Positions 27,586 to 38,749 are shown, numbered from the stretch's first letter. The stretch is 63,720 nt of DNA from Candidatus Scatocola faecipullorum (GCA_018714685.1 DVNC01000050.1:1-63720), one strand, 5' to 3'. Translations and numbers: made by a program. The notes: generated by a model from the sequence alone, not told the origin.

Positions 27586-28273
27586 AAACACTGTCCTGAT
27601 ATTTCACTGCCGCATGTGAACCGTCGCAAAACGGCTTATTGCGGGAATGCCCGCAGCGGCATAGCGTCTGACGGTTGCGTCGTTCATAAAGTTTTCCGCT
27701 CTCGCTTTCAACCTGTATGCCGCCTTTCACCCACAACGGCCCGCTGCATCCTATTGCCGGATCTTCCAAAACGCCTATTTTCGGCTGTAATTCCGGTTCA
27801 ATCGGCTTACCCGTACGATTGTCAAACATTATCAAACGACCGGACGGACAGTTGCATGCCTCCTTAACGGCCTGCTTGTCTGCTGCCGGCGTTCCTTCCT
27901 GCACCAGGTTCCAAATCCGGCCTTTGGCATCGCAGAAACGGGCATAAGCACAATAATCCTGATTGTCTGCCAAAGTCAGATTCGGCCCCTCTATAGCCTC
28001 GGCACCGTTCAATATCGGCTCAAAAGAAGCTGTTTCCTCTCCGTCCCAATCCGCCTTTTCGTGACTGCCGTCACAAAAAGGCGCATGCCCCGAACGCCCG
28101 CAGCGGCAAAGATGCAACGGATTTTCATCGGCAGTAAACTTCTGTCCCGGAACATATTCTTCCGAAGCCCCCGCCTCGTCAGGCTTAATTGCATACAGCC
28201 TGATGTCTTGAACATTACTGACTTCATAAGGTCCGTTCGCAGTCACTTTTATCTTGGCATAAGATCTATCCAT
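27563..28273 (-). CDS. CDGSH iron-sulfur domain protein with central divergent 4Fe-4S domain
   Basis: LCRCGRS...PFCDGSH and LCRCGHS..KPFCDGSH; CAYARFC...CNCPSGRL. Confidence 0.9.
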   Translation of the reverse strand: MDRSYAKIKVTANGPYEVSNVQDIRLYAIKPDEAGASEEYVPGQKFTADENPLHLCRCGRSGHAPFCDGSHEKADWDGEETASFEPILNGAEAIEGPNLTLADNQDYCAYARFCDAKGRIWNLVQEGTPAADKQAVKEACNCPSGRLIMFDNRTGKPIEPELQPKIGVLEDPAIGCSGPLWVKGGIQVESESGKLYERRNRQTLCRCGHSRNKPFCDGSHAAVKYQDSVFRADGAE

Positions 28274-28321
28274 AGGTCACTCCGTCAATCTTCAGACACC
28301 AAATGCCTTCGGCAATTTTCT

Positions 28322-29248
28322 TCACGCAAAGATGGAGTCAGCCGTATAGTCGCCGAAAGCAAAACTGCTGCCGTCAATAAAACGCTGCCCCCTGTCAAGC
28401 GAAGCAATTTTCTTCATATCCTCATCGTCGAGCTCAACGGCCGAAGCGGCAAAGTTTTCTTTCAGACGCATTTCATGAACCGTCTTGGGAATAACCGAAA
28501 CGCCGCGAGCCAGCTGCCAAGCCAGCAGCACCTGCGCCGACGTGCAGTTCAAACGTCCGGCAATTTCCATAATAATCTCATTGCGGAACAAATCGGTCTC
28601 ATCTCCGTCATGCTGCGAGCCCAGCGGCGAATAAGCCGTAACCGCAATCATATTCTTCCGGCAGAATTCAATTAAATCGTTTTGCTGCAACAGCGGATGA
28701 CTCTCAACCTGATTGACCGCCGGCGTTATTTCCGCTTTTTCAATCAGCTCGCCCAAACGTTTTGCTCCGAAATTGGAAACTCCGGCAGTGCGGATCAGTC
28801 CCTGCTGCTGCGCCTTTTCAATCTCCGCCCAGGTCAAGTCAAGCGGCATATCTTTTAACGAAACCATATCTTCGGCACGATGCGGCATCGGTACTCCTTT
28901 TTTCTGTGCCACCGGCCAATGAATCATATACAAATCAAGATAATCCTGCTGCAAATCGGCCAACGTCTGTTTCAAAGCAGGCAAAACATCTTCCGGCGCA
29001 TGCATATCGTTCCATAATTTAGAAGCAATGAACAGTTCTTCCCGCTTTATGTCTCCTTCGGCAACCGCATCATGCAGCGCCTGTCCGATTTCCTTTTCAT
29101 TGCCGTAAATCGGCGCACAGTCAATATGTCGGTAACCAAGCTTTATTGCCCAGCGAACGGTCTGATACACCTCTCCCGGACCTGAACGCCAGGTTCCCAA
29201 ACCAATCATCGGCATATCATAATCCGTGTTTAACTTAACGCTTTTCAT
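28322..29248 (-). CDS. Aldo/keto reductase
   Basis: MPMIGLGTW, YRHIDCA..YGNE, SKLWN, DLYMIHWP, GVSNF, NQVESHP, YSPLG. Confidence 0.96.
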   Translation of the reverse strand: MKSVKLNTDYDMPMIGLGTWRSGPGEVYQTVRWAIKLGYRHIDCAPIYGNEKEIGQALHDAVAEGDIKREELFIASKLWNDMHAPEDVLPALKQTLADLQQDYLDLYMIHWPVAQKKGVPMPHRAEDMVSLKDMPLDLTWAEIEKAQQQGLIRTAGVSNFGAKRLGELIEKAEITPAVNQVESHPLLQQNDLIEFCRKNMIAVTAYSPLGSQHDGDETDLFRNEIIMEIAGRLNCTSAQVLLAWQLARGVSVIPKTVHEMRLKENFAASAVELDDEDMKKIASLDRGQRFIDGSSFAFGDYTADSIFA

Positions 29249-29400
29249 TCTTCTCTCCCTAACAAAAAATATCTACCTTTTCTATATAATCGCAAAGCCA
29301 TAAGGTTAAAGATTATCCCCTGCAAAAATTCTGCACTGGAAATTTTTTCGCCTCTTCTCTAAAATCTGACCAGACAAATCAACCTGAAAGAGAAAAAACA

Positions 29401-29880
29401 ATGACGGTCAATATTGAAAAATTCCCGGTTTACTACACCAAACTTCCCCACTATAAAGACGTTGCCTGCAATCTGACTTATGCCACGCCCGACGCAGCCT
29501 GCTTTGACATCTGCGCCGCTTTGGAACAGCCGGTAACCCTTCATCCCGGTGAACGCATCAAATGCCCCACCGGCATAAAAATTGCCCCGGAAAATCCGTT
29601 CTGGTGCCGCATTAACGGCCGCAGCGGCCTGGCCGCCAATCATGGCATTATCCCCGTCGGCGGCATTATCGACACTGATTACCGCGGCGAGATTATGGTC
29701 ATTCTGCTGAACACCAATCCGGCAGGCAAAGAAAGCTATACCATCCACCCCGGCGATAAAATTGCCCAGGGAGAATTCCCGTTTCCCTATAAAGCGGATT
29801 TCAAAGAAATCAGCAACGAAGAATTCGATAAACTGACCACCTCCCGCGGAGAAAACGGTTTCGGTTCTTCCGGCAAATAG
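29401..29880 (+). CDS. dut: dUTP diphosphatase
   Basis: AACFD, GRSGLA, GIIDTDYRGE, GDKIAQ, RGENGFGSSG. Confidence 0.96.
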   Translation: MTVNIEKFPVYYTKLPHYKDVACNLTYATPDAACFDICAALEQPVTLHPGERIKCPTGIKIAPENPFWCRINGRSGLAANHGIIPVGGIIDTDYRGEIMVILLNTNPAGKESYTIHPGDKIAQGEFPFPYKADFKEISNEEFDKLTTSRGENGFGSSGK

Positions 29881-30125
29881 ACTTTACGGCAGCAAACAGT
29901 AAAAAAGCTACGAAAAATTTCGTAGCTTTTTTTCACTAACTGTATGGAATGCAGCCTCCGGTTCCCGAACAATCTCTGGGAGCCTGCGCATCGCGGCCGC
30001 AGCACATCTGCCCTGAAGGATAAATACTTATATTCCTCATAATTTCTCTTCTCAAAAACAAATATTCAGGACTCAAATCACGGAAAAATAACAAATTCTG
30101 CTTGCATTAATATTATAATAGATAC

Positions 30126-30905
30126 TTATCTATTTCTTACAGTTCTTCTGTTAATATACCCATAACCAAGATGATGAGTATCTCCAATATCAAATACACT
30201 ATTTAATTTTTTGATATCGGCAGGAAAGTCTAATATAAACTTTTCACTATTAATTGCTTTTTGCATAAATTGCTCTTTAGTCATACCTGTATTCATAACA
30301 CGCGGTCTTCCTGTTTTTTTCGTATTTAAAGGATCATATATAAACATACTATCTTTGTCATGAACTGCCAAAAAATGATGAGCTTCATACAGAATACCAC
30401 CAGAAGTTTCCTGAAATAAATGAGCATCACATAAATAACTATCAATACCATGGCTTTCCAAATATGACTGAGCTAAAATAGAAAACTCAGAACACATAGC
30501 CAGTCCCTTATCAATTAAACTTGATAATTTTATCGGCTTGACTGTTTCTGTACCTAGTCTCTCCGATATCGTTTTTTGCAAAACAGCTTGACGTTCTAAG
30601 GCTTTATCTTCTACTTCACAATTTTTAAAACGATGCAGATTAGCATCTAAAACTTGAATATGAAGAAAGGTTTCTGAAGAAATACCCAGTTCTTCAGCCT
30701 CTTGTTTACACATCCGATAAGAACCGCTTCCCCAAGACATATTTGGTGATTTTTTTTGTATGTTTACAATAGATTCACAAGAAGTAAAAAAATTTTTATA
30801 TGATGAAACATCCGCTAGTATAGGCTTCTCTCCTGTTTCTACCAAATCACCATCTCGCAAACTATGATACATTATAAAATTATCATGAGTACTAACAATT
30901 TCCAT
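30126..30905 (-). CDS. AT-rich hypothetical protein, possible papain/transglutaminase-like C-H-D triad
   Basis: AMCSEFSILAQ..L...G, EAHHFL, IYDP; sequence visibly much more AT-rich than flanks. Confidence 0.65.
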   Translation of the reverse strand: MEIVSTHDNFIMYHSLRDGDLVETGEKPILADVSSYKNFFTSCESIVNIQKKSPNMSWGSGSYRMCKQEAEELGISSETFLHIQVLDANLHRFKNCEVEDKALERQAVLQKTISERLGTETVKPIKLSSLIDKGLAMCSEFSILAQSYLESHGIDSYLCDAHLFQETSGGILYEAHHFLAVHDKDSMFIYDPLNTKKTGRPRVMNTGMTKEQFMQKAINSEKFILDFPADIKKLNSVFDIGDTHHLGYGYINRRTVRNR

Positions 30906-31120
30906 CCAACCTCCTTCATCAAAACATAATAATTATTATAACATGTAACCAATACCAAAACAACTAATAACTATACATAAATAAACATAGTCTGATTCTA
31001 AATTTTCATACACAACTAAACGAACAAAAAACATATTTTTAATATCAACACAGCCTAAGCCCAAGCACAAAAAAATCCCCGTTTCCGGGGATTTTTCATT
31101 CAAACCGGCCGCACAGCGGT

Positions 31121-32383
31121 TTAAGCCGATTTACTTTCTTTTGAAACCGCATATTCCGGCTCGGCACCGTCATTAATAACATTCTCATTAATGACAATTT
31201 CGCTGACGTTTTTCTTATCCGGAATATCATACATAATCTGCAACAGATTTTCTTCCATAATTGCCCGCAAACCGCGCGCACCGGTTTTACGCTCAATCGC
31301 TTTTTTGGCTATTGCTTTCAAAGCTTCCTCGGTAATCGTCAGTTTAACACCTTCCATATCAAACAAAGCTTCATACTGCTTAACCAAAGCATTCTTCGGC
31401 TCGGTCAAAACCCGAACCAAAGCCTCTTCATTCAGATCATCTAATGTGGCAATAATCGGCAAACGGCCGATAAATTCCGGAATCAGACCGTATTTAAGCA
31501 AATCTTCCGGCTGCACGTCTTTTAAAATCTCGCCGATACCTTTGTCTTCCGGACTGCTGACTTTGGCGCCGAAACCGATAGAGGTTTCATTGCCGCGGCG
31601 ATTGACAATCTTCTCCAATCCGGCAAAAGCCCCGCCGCAGATAAACAGAATATTGGTCGTATCAACATGCAAAAATTCCTGCTGCGGATGTTTGCGGCCG
31701 CCCTGCGGCGGAACATTGGCAACCGTTCCTTCGATAATCTTCAGCAATGCCTGCTGAACGCCCTCGCCCGAAACATCGCGGGTAATCGACGGCCCGTCGG
31801 TTTTACGGGTAATCTTATCGATTTCATCAATATAAACGATGCCGCGCTGCGCTTTTTCAATATCATAATTCGCAGCCTGCACCAGTTTCAAGATAATATT
31901 TTCGACGTCTTCGCCGACATAGCCGGCTTCGGTCAGCGTCGTCGCGTCCGAAATGGCAAACGGCACATCCAGAATTTTAGCCAGCGTCTGCGCCAACAGG
32001 GTTTTACCGCTGCCGGTCGAACCGATTAAAATGACGTTTGATTTGGAGATTTCCACATCTTTGTTGGTTTTCTGTGAGTTCAAACGTTTATAATGGTTAT
32101 AAACCGCCACCGACAAAACTTTTTTCGCCTCATCCTGACCGATAACATACTGATCAAGAAATTCTTTAATTTTGGACGGGGTCGGCAGTTTTTCCGGTGA
32201 AATTCCGGCTTCTGCCTTGCGTTCTTCTTCCAGTTCGTCCGCCACAATGTTAATGCATACTTCAATGCACTCATCGCAGATATAAACGCCGCGGCCGGCA
32301 ACTAATTTTTTGACTTCCGCCTGACTCTTTCCGCAGAAAGAACAATGCAGCATTTCACCGTTGTTTTCTTTATCGTCACTCAT
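31121..32383 (-). CDS. clpX: ATP-dependent Clp protease ATPase ClpX
   Basis: CSFCGK..ICDEC zinc finger, [21 protein letters not shown] loop. Confidence 0.99.
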   Translation of the reverse strand: MSDDKENNGEMLHCSFCGKSQAEVKKLVAGRGVYICDECIEVCINIVADELEEERKAEAGISPEKLPTPSKIKEFLDQYVIGQDEAKKVLSVAVYNHYKRLNSQKTNKDVEISKSNVILIGSTGSGKTLLAQTLAKILDVPFAISDATTLTEAGYVGEDVENIILKLVQAANYDIEKAQRGIVYIDEIDKITRKTDGPSITRDVSGEGVQQALLKIIEGTVANVPPQGGRKHPQQEFLHVDTTNILFICGGAFAGLEKIVNRRGNETSIGFGAKVSSPEDKGIGEILKDVQPEDLLKYGLIPEFIGRLPIIATLDDLNEEALVRVLTEPKNALVKQYEALFDMEGVKLTITEEALKAIAKKAIERKTGARGLRAIMEENLLQIMYDIPDKKNVSEIVINENVINDGAEPEYAVSKESKSA

Positions 32384-32392
32384 TGCTTTATC

Positions 32393-33022
32393 CTATTTGT
32401 TCATCTCATTGCGGGAGGTTACAATCTGGTCAATCAAACCGAACTTCAATGCTTCCTGCGGGGTCATAAAATTATCGCGGTCCATCGCTTTTTCAATCAC
32501 CGACAGCTTCTGCCCGGTATTTTCGGCATAAATCTGATTCAAACGTTTCCGCATATCCAAAATCAGTTTGGCCTGAATTTCGATATCCGCCGCCTGCCCC
32601 TTGGCTCCGCCGGAGGGCTGGTGAATCATAATCTGCGAATTAGGCAGCGAGAAACGCTTGCCTTTGGTTCCGCCGGCCAGCAGGAATGACCCCATTGAAC
32701 AGGCCTGACCGATGCAGATTGTCGCCACGTCACAGCTGATATATTTCATCGTATCATACATCGCCATGCCGGAAGTAATAACCCCGCCCGGAGAATTGAT
32801 ATACAAAGAAATGTCTTTCTTCGGATTTTCCGATTCCAAAAACAACAGCTGCGCACAAACCAGAGAAGAAACTTCATCATTAACTTCACCGGTCAGAAAA
32901 ATAATTCTCTCCTTCAGCAGACGGGAAAAAATATCAAAAGAACGCTCCCCCTTAGAGGTTTGCTCGATAACCATCGGCACCAAAGTGCTGTTATATATTT
33001 CTAAAGGACTTCTCTCAGTCAT
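32393..33022 (-). CDS. clpP: Clp protease proteolytic subunit
   Basis: [34 protein letters not shown]. Confidence 0.99.
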   Translation of the reverse strand: MTERSPLEIYNSTLVPMVIEQTSKGERSFDIFSRLLKERIIFLTGEVNDEVSSLVCAQLLFLESENPKKDISLYINSPGGVITSGMAMYDTMKYISCDVATICIGQACSMGSFLLAGGTKGKRFSLPNSQIMIHQPSGGAKGQAADIEIQAKLILDMRKRLNQIYAENTGQKLSVIEKAMDRDNFMTPQEALKFGLIDQIVTSRNEMNK

Positions 33023-33188
33023 TACAGCTTCCTTATTTCAAAAACATTTCAAACTTATACAAGACTACACCAATATAATCAATAAATTATTAATAACCGC
33101 TGCGATTACCCGTTTATCTGATAAAATCACCGGATTTAAACAAAAGCCTCCGACGAAACGGAGGCTTTTGCATTGCATCAACAGATTA

Positions 33189-34562
33189 TTAAGCTGATTT
33201 CTTGGCAGACTTTTTCGCCGTTGTTTTCTTTCCGGCTTTTTTGTCTTCGTCAAAAGAATACAACTCTTCAATACTGACGATTTTTTCGCTGACATTGGAT
33301 TTGCCGATAACATAATCAACAATCTTTTCTTCAAAAACCGGAGCTTTTAAAGCTTCAATTGCCTGCTTGTTTTTCAGATAATAATCAAAGACAGCTTTTT
33401 CCTGTCCCGGATACTTCTTCGCCTCATTCATGATAGCCTTGTTAATATCATCTGGCGTAATGGTAACTTTGGCGTCCTTTCCGATTTCGGAAAGCAACAG
33501 GCCGAGTTTAACCCGGCGGACGGCAATATCCTTATACTCAGCCAGCAGTTCTTCTTCTGACTTGTTCTTTTCGCTTTCGTCCAGCTGATTATATTTCTTC
33601 GCCTGTTCATACTGATCAACGATGCTCTTATATTCGGCATCGACCAATCCGGCCGGAACGTCAAACTTATATTCATTGTCCAGATTATCCAGCAACTGAC
33701 GTTTCAGTTTCATCTTTGAAGCGGCTTCATAATCGCCCTTAATACGTTCGGCAATGGCCGCTTTCAGCTTATCCAGGCTTTCTTCGCCCAAAGATTTGGC
33801 AAATTCATCATTGATTTCAACTTCTTTGGCTGCACGCAGTTCTTTGATTTCAACCGCAAAGACCGAAGCTTTTCCGGCCAAATCCTTGGCATGGTAATTT
33901 TCCGGGAAAGTAACGTTGACATCAACTTTATCACCGGTTTTTTTGCCGATAAGCTGATCTTCGAAACCCGGAATAAAGGAATTGGACCCCAGTTCCAAAG
34001 GATAATTATTGCCTTTGCCTCCCTGGAATTCAACTCCGTCAATCGAACCCGTGAAATCTATCACAACGGTGTCGCCCTTGGCTGCGGCGCGATCTTCTTC
34101 AACCTTAACGGTTTCGCGGCGGCTCTGAGCGATATAGTTCAAAGCTTTCTCAACTTCCTCGGCCGGAACTTCAGCCATCAGTTTTTCCAATTTAATCGCC
34201 GACAAATCGCCGATTTTGATTTCCGGCATCAGTTCAACCGTCAGTGTGAATTCAATATCTTTGCCGTCTTCAAATTTGGTAACTTTGATATTCGGCATCA
34301 TAACCGGATTTAACTTGTTGCTTTTGATAACTTCCTCAGTCGCGTTGCGAACGGTTTCATCCAAAACTTCGCCCAAAACCGAAGCGCGGTATTTCTGCTT
34401 CAGCATTTCTTTCGGAGCCTTGCCCGGACGGAAGCCCGGAATTTTGGTTGTTTTCGCAATCTGGTTGATTTTGGCATCAACTTCTTTTTCAAAATCAGCC
34501 GCCGGAATAACGACGGTGTATTCTTTCTTCAAACTTTCGGATTTTAACTCAGTAGCTTTCAT
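33189..34562 (-). CDS. tig: Trigger factor
   Basis: IPGFRPGKAP ribosome loop, FKBP domain (FIPGFEDQLIG, FPENYH). Confidence 0.98.
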   Translation of the reverse strand: MKATELKSESLKKEYTVVIPAADFEKEVDAKINQIAKTTKIPGFRPGKAPKEMLKQKYRASVLGEVLDETVRNATEEVIKSNKLNPVMMPNIKVTKFEDGKDIEFTLTVELMPEIKIGDLSAIKLEKLMAEVPAEEVEKALNYIAQSRRETVKVEEDRAAAKGDTVVIDFTGSIDGVEFQGGKGNNYPLELGSNSFIPGFEDQLIGKKTGDKVDVNVTFPENYHAKDLAGKASVFAVEIKELRAAKEVEINDEFAKSLGEESLDKLKAAIAERIKGDYEAASKMKLKRQLLDNLDNEYKFDVPAGLVDAEYKSIVDQYEQAKKYNQLDESEKNKSEEELLAEYKDIAVRRVKLGLLLSEIGKDAKVTITPDDINKAIMNEAKKYPGQEKAVFDYYLKNKQAIEALKAPVFEEKIVDYVIGKSNVSEKIVSIEELYSFDEDKKAGKKTTAKKSAKKSA

Positions 34563-34614
34563 AAATATTCTCTTTTTATTGTTGATTGAAACCGTTACAG
34601 TATCAGAACGTAAA

Positions 34615-34699
<85 letters not shown>

Positions 34700-34859
34700 G
34701 CTGACACTTATAGTTGCTTGCATACTACATAAAAAATTTTTTAAATCAAGCAAAATTCACAACGCCAACAAAATTATTGTATTCTTTGAATATATTTAAT
34801 AATATGCTTGGCAAGAGAAGTTTCCGGGCCGAGACAAAGGCTGCCGGGAGCATGACGTT

Positions 34860-36116
34860 ATGATGGGGAGTAAACTTGTGCAGATAACCAGAATTCTTGT
34901 TTCCGCGGCTCTGTCCGCCGGCTTTTTGAGCTCCTGTTCCTACATTGAAAAGAACACCAGCCCGGAAACGTACAACACGCTGACTTTCGGCGACGAAGGA
35001 GCCAAAGAGGCAGCCAAAGCCACCCTTGCCTACTCCCAGGGAAACTTTACCGAAGCGGACGAACATGTCCAAATGTCCCTGCGCCAAAACCCCAAAAATG
35101 CTCAGGCTCTGATGGTCGGCGCCCTTAATGCCGAAAAATTAGGGCTGCCTAACCGTGCCCGCCAGTATTACGAAGAGATTATTCTCTCCGCCGGCGACCA
35201 GACCACCGTTCTCGGCAGCGAAGACATGCAGCCCCGCAAGATGACCGAAGTTGCCCAGAAACGCCTGCGTCTGATAAACATCAACCAAAGCAAACTGATT
35301 ATTGAAGACGACAGCGGCGTCAAAGTTTTCAGCATCAGCGAAGAAGCAGCTGCCAAACAGGGACGCTCTGCCCTGGAAGAAGCTTTGTTTATCCGTGAAC
35401 AGAAAAACGCTGCCAACAACAAAGCCGTTTCCGAAGCTGACGTTAAAGCCGTGGAAGTTCTGTTTACGCCGCAGGAGCAAAATATCATTTCCCGCTTTCT
35501 GATTATGAAAGAACTGGCCGAAAACGATATGATTACCAAAGAGGAGTTTTTGAAAGCGCGCCAGTCCAATATCGGCGGCCTGCTGCCGCTGACTAACGCA
35601 CCGGCCGGCTTCACCGTTGACAAACCGGTTCCCTCGCCCGATATGATTATTGAACGGATTAACGCGCTCAAAACCGCAACCGAAGACCGTGCCATTACGC
35701 CGCGCGAATTCTCGGCCGAACGCAATTTGATTATCGAAGCCATTTTGCCTCCCTCTCCGCGCCAGCGGCTGAAACCTCAGGCTCCGGCCAAAGACCTTCT
35801 CTCAGCGGCCAAAAACCTCCGCAAATTGGAAGTCATTTACGATTTGGGATTGGTAACCTCTAAAGAAAAAGCCAAGGAACAGGCTGCCATTGAGCGCAAT
35901 TTGGGCATCAACGTCCCCGCTAAACCGGCTGCGCCCCAAGCCACCACAACCAAGATTGTCAAAGACATTGAAATCATTCCGGCAGAGTCGTTGGAAGCCA
36001 ACGGAGCCGCTCCGGTAAACACGGCTCCCGCCATGCCCGAAATTACTCCGGCACGCACCCCGACGGTTGAACCCCGTCCGCTGCTGCCGGATGTTTCCAG
36101 CCCGTTTAACGGCTGA
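34860..36116 (+). CDS. Lipoprotein with TPR-like N-terminus and repeated SHOCT-like helices
   Basis: Lipobox LSSC; TPR-like A.....GN...A...NP.NA.AL; three L..L...G/D.IT..E(F) units; Pro-rich tail. Confidence 0.7.
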   Translation: MMGSKLVQITRILVSAALSAGFLSSCSYIEKNTSPETYNTLTFGDEGAKEAAKATLAYSQGNFTEADEHVQMSLRQNPKNAQALMVGALNAEKLGLPNRARQYYEEIILSAGDQTTVLGSEDMQPRKMTEVAQKRLRLININQSKLIIEDDSGVKVFSISEEAAAKQGRSALEEALFIREQKNAANNKAVSEADVKAVEVLFTPQEQNIISRFLIMKELAENDMITKEEFLKARQSNIGGLLPLTNAPAGFTVDKPVPSPDMIIERINALKTATEDRAITPREFSAERNLIIEAILPPSPRQRLKPQAPAKDLLSAAKNLRKLEVIYDLGLVTSKEKAKEQAAIERNLGINVPAKPAAPQATTTKIVKDIEIIPAESLEANGAAPVNTAPAMPEITPARTPTVEPRPLLPDVSSPFNG

Positions 36117-36241
36117 GCCGCATATCCGAATAAATACAGGGCGGGAACTTCCTGCCCTTTGTTTTTATTAAATCTTGCAATTTAGATTTATTTCGGATAA
36201 ATAACTGCTTAAATTGATATTTTAAGAAACAGAGTAAACAA

Positions 36242-37831
36242 ATGCCTGAGAATAAAGTAAATCCCCGCAAAACTTTTGCGATTATTTCACACCCGGACGC
36301 CGGTAAAACCACGTTAACCGAAAAGCTGCTGCTTTTCGGCGGTGCCATTCAGCAGGCCGGAGCCGTCAAAGCCCGCGGTGAAAATCGCCGCGCCCATTCC
36401 GACTGGATGAAAGTTGAACAGGAACGCGGCATTTCCGTCGCCTCCTCCGTCATGACCTTCGATTACCGCGACATTACCTTTAACCTATTGGACACACCGG
36501 GCCACGAAGACTTTTCCGAAGATACCTACCGCGTGCTGACCGCCGTAGATTCCGCCATTATGGTGCTGGATTCGGCCAAAGGTATCGAAACCCAAACGAA
36601 AAAGCTGTTTGAAGTTTGCCGCCTGCGCAACGTGCCGATTTTAACTTTCATCAACAAACTCGACCGCGAAGGGCTGGATCCGTTCCTGCTTCTGGACGAT
36701 ATTGAAAAAACGCTGGCCATGGACTGCACGCCTGCCAGCTGGCCGATTGGCATGGGAAAAGACTTCCTCGGCTGTTACGACCTGATTAACGACCAACTGA
36801 TTTTAATGAACAAAACCGGTGACAAATCAACCATTAATGCGACCATTGAAACCTGCAAAGGGTTGGACGATCCCAAACTTGACAATCTGTTGCCGGCCCA
36901 TGCCGTCGCCAAATTGCGCGAGGACGTTACCATGGTTCGCGAACTATGCCCGGCATTCGACCTGGAGCTCTATCTTGCCGGTGCAATGACCCCGGTCTTT
37001 TTCGGCAGTGCTATCAATAACTTCGGCGTCAAGGAAGTGCTGGAAGGCCTGCACCGGATGGCTCCGTCTCCGCGGCCGCAGCCTGCCGCCGAACGAACCG
37101 TTCAGCCTCAGGAAAACAAGGTTACCGGCTTCGTCTTCAAAATCCAAGCCAACATGGATCCGAAACACCGCGACCGCATTGCCTTTATGCGCATTTGTTC
37201 CGGACACTTCAAACGCGGCATGACCCTCACCCAGGTTCGTACCGGCAAAGGGCTGAAAGTACCTACTCCCGTCATGTTCTTAGCCCAAGAACGCGAACTG
37301 GCGGAAGACGCTTATGCCGGGGACATTATCGGCATTCCCAACCACGGTCAGCTCCGCATCGGCGACACCCTGACCGAAGGGGAGAAAATCCACTTCACCG
37401 GTATTCCTTCCTTTGCCCCGGAACTGCTCAAAAGCGTCCGGGCGCTTGACCCGCTCAAATCCAAACACCTCGGCGCGGCACTTCAGCAAATCGCCGAAGA
37501 AGGTGGCGCCAGTATTTTCAAACCGGTCATCGGTTCGGAATATATCGTCGGCGTTGTCGGCACCCTGCAGTTTGAAGTTATGGCTGACCGTATCCGCACC
37601 GAATTCAACATTCCTGTCATGTTTGAGCCGACATCTTACTACACGGCCCGCTGGGTAACCTGCGAAGATAAAAACGAACTCAAGAAGTTTCTTGATGCCA
37701 ACCAGTCCTGCGTTGCCGAGGACCACGACGGCGCTCTGGTCTTTCTGGCTCGCAACGCCTGGCACTTGGGCAAAATCAAAGAAGACTTCCCCCGACTGGT
37801 TCTGAGCACGACCCGCGAACAAACTTTTTAA
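36242..37831 (+). CDS. prfC: Peptide chain release factor 3
   Basis: FAIISHPDAGKTTLTEKLLL, SDWM..EQERGISV, LLDTPGHEDFSEDTYR. Confidence 0.99.
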   Translation: MPENKVNPRKTFAIISHPDAGKTTLTEKLLLFGGAIQQAGAVKARGENRRAHSDWMKVEQERGISVASSVMTFDYRDITFNLLDTPGHEDFSEDTYRVLTAVDSAIMVLDSAKGIETQTKKLFEVCRLRNVPILTFINKLDREGLDPFLLLDDIEKTLAMDCTPASWPIGMGKDFLGCYDLINDQLILMNKTGDKSTINATIETCKGLDDPKLDNLLPAHAVAKLREDVTMVRELCPAFDLELYLAGAMTPVFFGSAINNFGVKEVLEGLHRMAPSPRPQPAAERTVQPQENKVTGFVFKIQANMDPKHRDRIAFMRICSGHFKRGMTLTQVRTGKGLKVPTPVMFLAQERELAEDAYAGDIIGIPNHGQLRIGDTLTEGEKIHFTGIPSFAPELLKSVRALDPLKSKHLGAALQQIAEEGGASIFKPVIGSEYIVGVVGTLQFEVMADRIRTEFNIPVMFEPTSYYTARWVTCEDKNELKKFLDANQSCVAEDHDGALVFLARNAWHLGKIKEDFPRLVLSTTREQTF

Positions 37832-37883
37832 TAATCGGATACAAAAACCCCGCCCTTAAACGGACGGGGTTTTATTTACAAAG

Positions 37884-38318
37884 TTAGTCCTGAAAGCCGC
37901 TTTCAAGCTGTCGGATAAAATCATCGTACTCCTCGGCCGAAAGACGATTGACCACATGCATAACTGTTGCATGACATTCCTCGTCTCCCAGCCAGCTTTC
38001 AGCCAAAACATCTGCACCGACCAATGTCAGTTTCGGTTTTTCGTCAGACATTTCAATCCTGACCACCGGATGCAGTGTCCTGCTGCCCAACTCAACAACC
38101 GGAAGGCAGCCCAACAGTCCGGCTTCAAACTGATTGGCTATGCGATATTCTTTGCGGTTGTTCTTCCACAACAGAGCTTCACGATACAGTTCCCGATTCT
38201 TTTCCCGGCACTGTTGCTGCTCCTTCATCACATTCTTAAGTTTTGCACGGCCGCGCAGAACCAAAACCGTTGCGGCGGCAGCCCATACGAAAAGGAAAAT
38301 AACCAGATATTCCATCAC
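37884..38318 (-). CDS. Hypothetical N-anchored membrane protein (paralog B)
   Basis: N-terminal TM, coiled coil, ALLW, SAEEY. Confidence 0.7.
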   Translation of the reverse strand: MMEYLVIFLFVWAAAATVLVLRGRAKLKNVMKEQQQCREKNRELYREALLWKNNRKEYRIANQFEAGLLGCLPVVELGSRTLHPVVRIEMSDEKPKLTLVGADVLAESWLGDEECHATVMHVVNRLSAEEYDDFIRQLESGFQD

Positions 38319-38749
38319 TCTTTGATTTTTAATTGCTTTTGGTATTCTTCAACGCTCATCTCATGATTATGCACCCAATTTTCCGAATAACCGTCTTTTT
38401 CGTCATTATCAATGGCTTTAACAAAAACAGACGCACCGGAAAGTGCAAAAATCCAATTGCCATACAAACGGCGAACCATAAACTTCGGACGAAGCTCCAT
38501 CAGTTCACGATGAATAATCGGATAAGGCAACTTAAAACGGGCAACATCCTCATCACTCGCGGGCACAAATTCTTCGCCTTTGCGGCTCCACAGAAAAATT
38601 TCTTTCTGCTGCGCGTCAATCTCCGCCTGCAGCCTTTCATTCTCAGCCGCGGCAGCCAGATAAAGCGAACGATTCTTAAACAGCTTAAACGCCAGATAAA
38701 CCACCAGCAAAACAAACAGCGGCAAGACATAAAAAATAATACGTTCCAT
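38315..38749 (-). CDS. Hypothetical N-anchored membrane protein (paralog A)
   Basis: N-terminal TM, coiled coil, IFLW, SVEEY; 4-bp overlap with next gene. Confidence 0.7.
   Translation of the reverse strand: MERIIFYVLPLFVLLVVYLAFKLFKNRSLYLAAAAENERLQAEIDAQQKEIFLWSRKGEEFVPASDEDVARFKLPYPIIHRELMELRPKFMVRRLYGNWIFALSGASVFVKAIDNDEKDGYSENWVHNHEMSVEEYQKQLKIKE

Noticed and set aside
29945-30015. GC-rich hairpin after the dut terminator as possible 6S/sRNA
   Set aside because: Only a 7-bp stem (GGTTCCC/GGGAGCC); no long 6S-like rod or promoter evident
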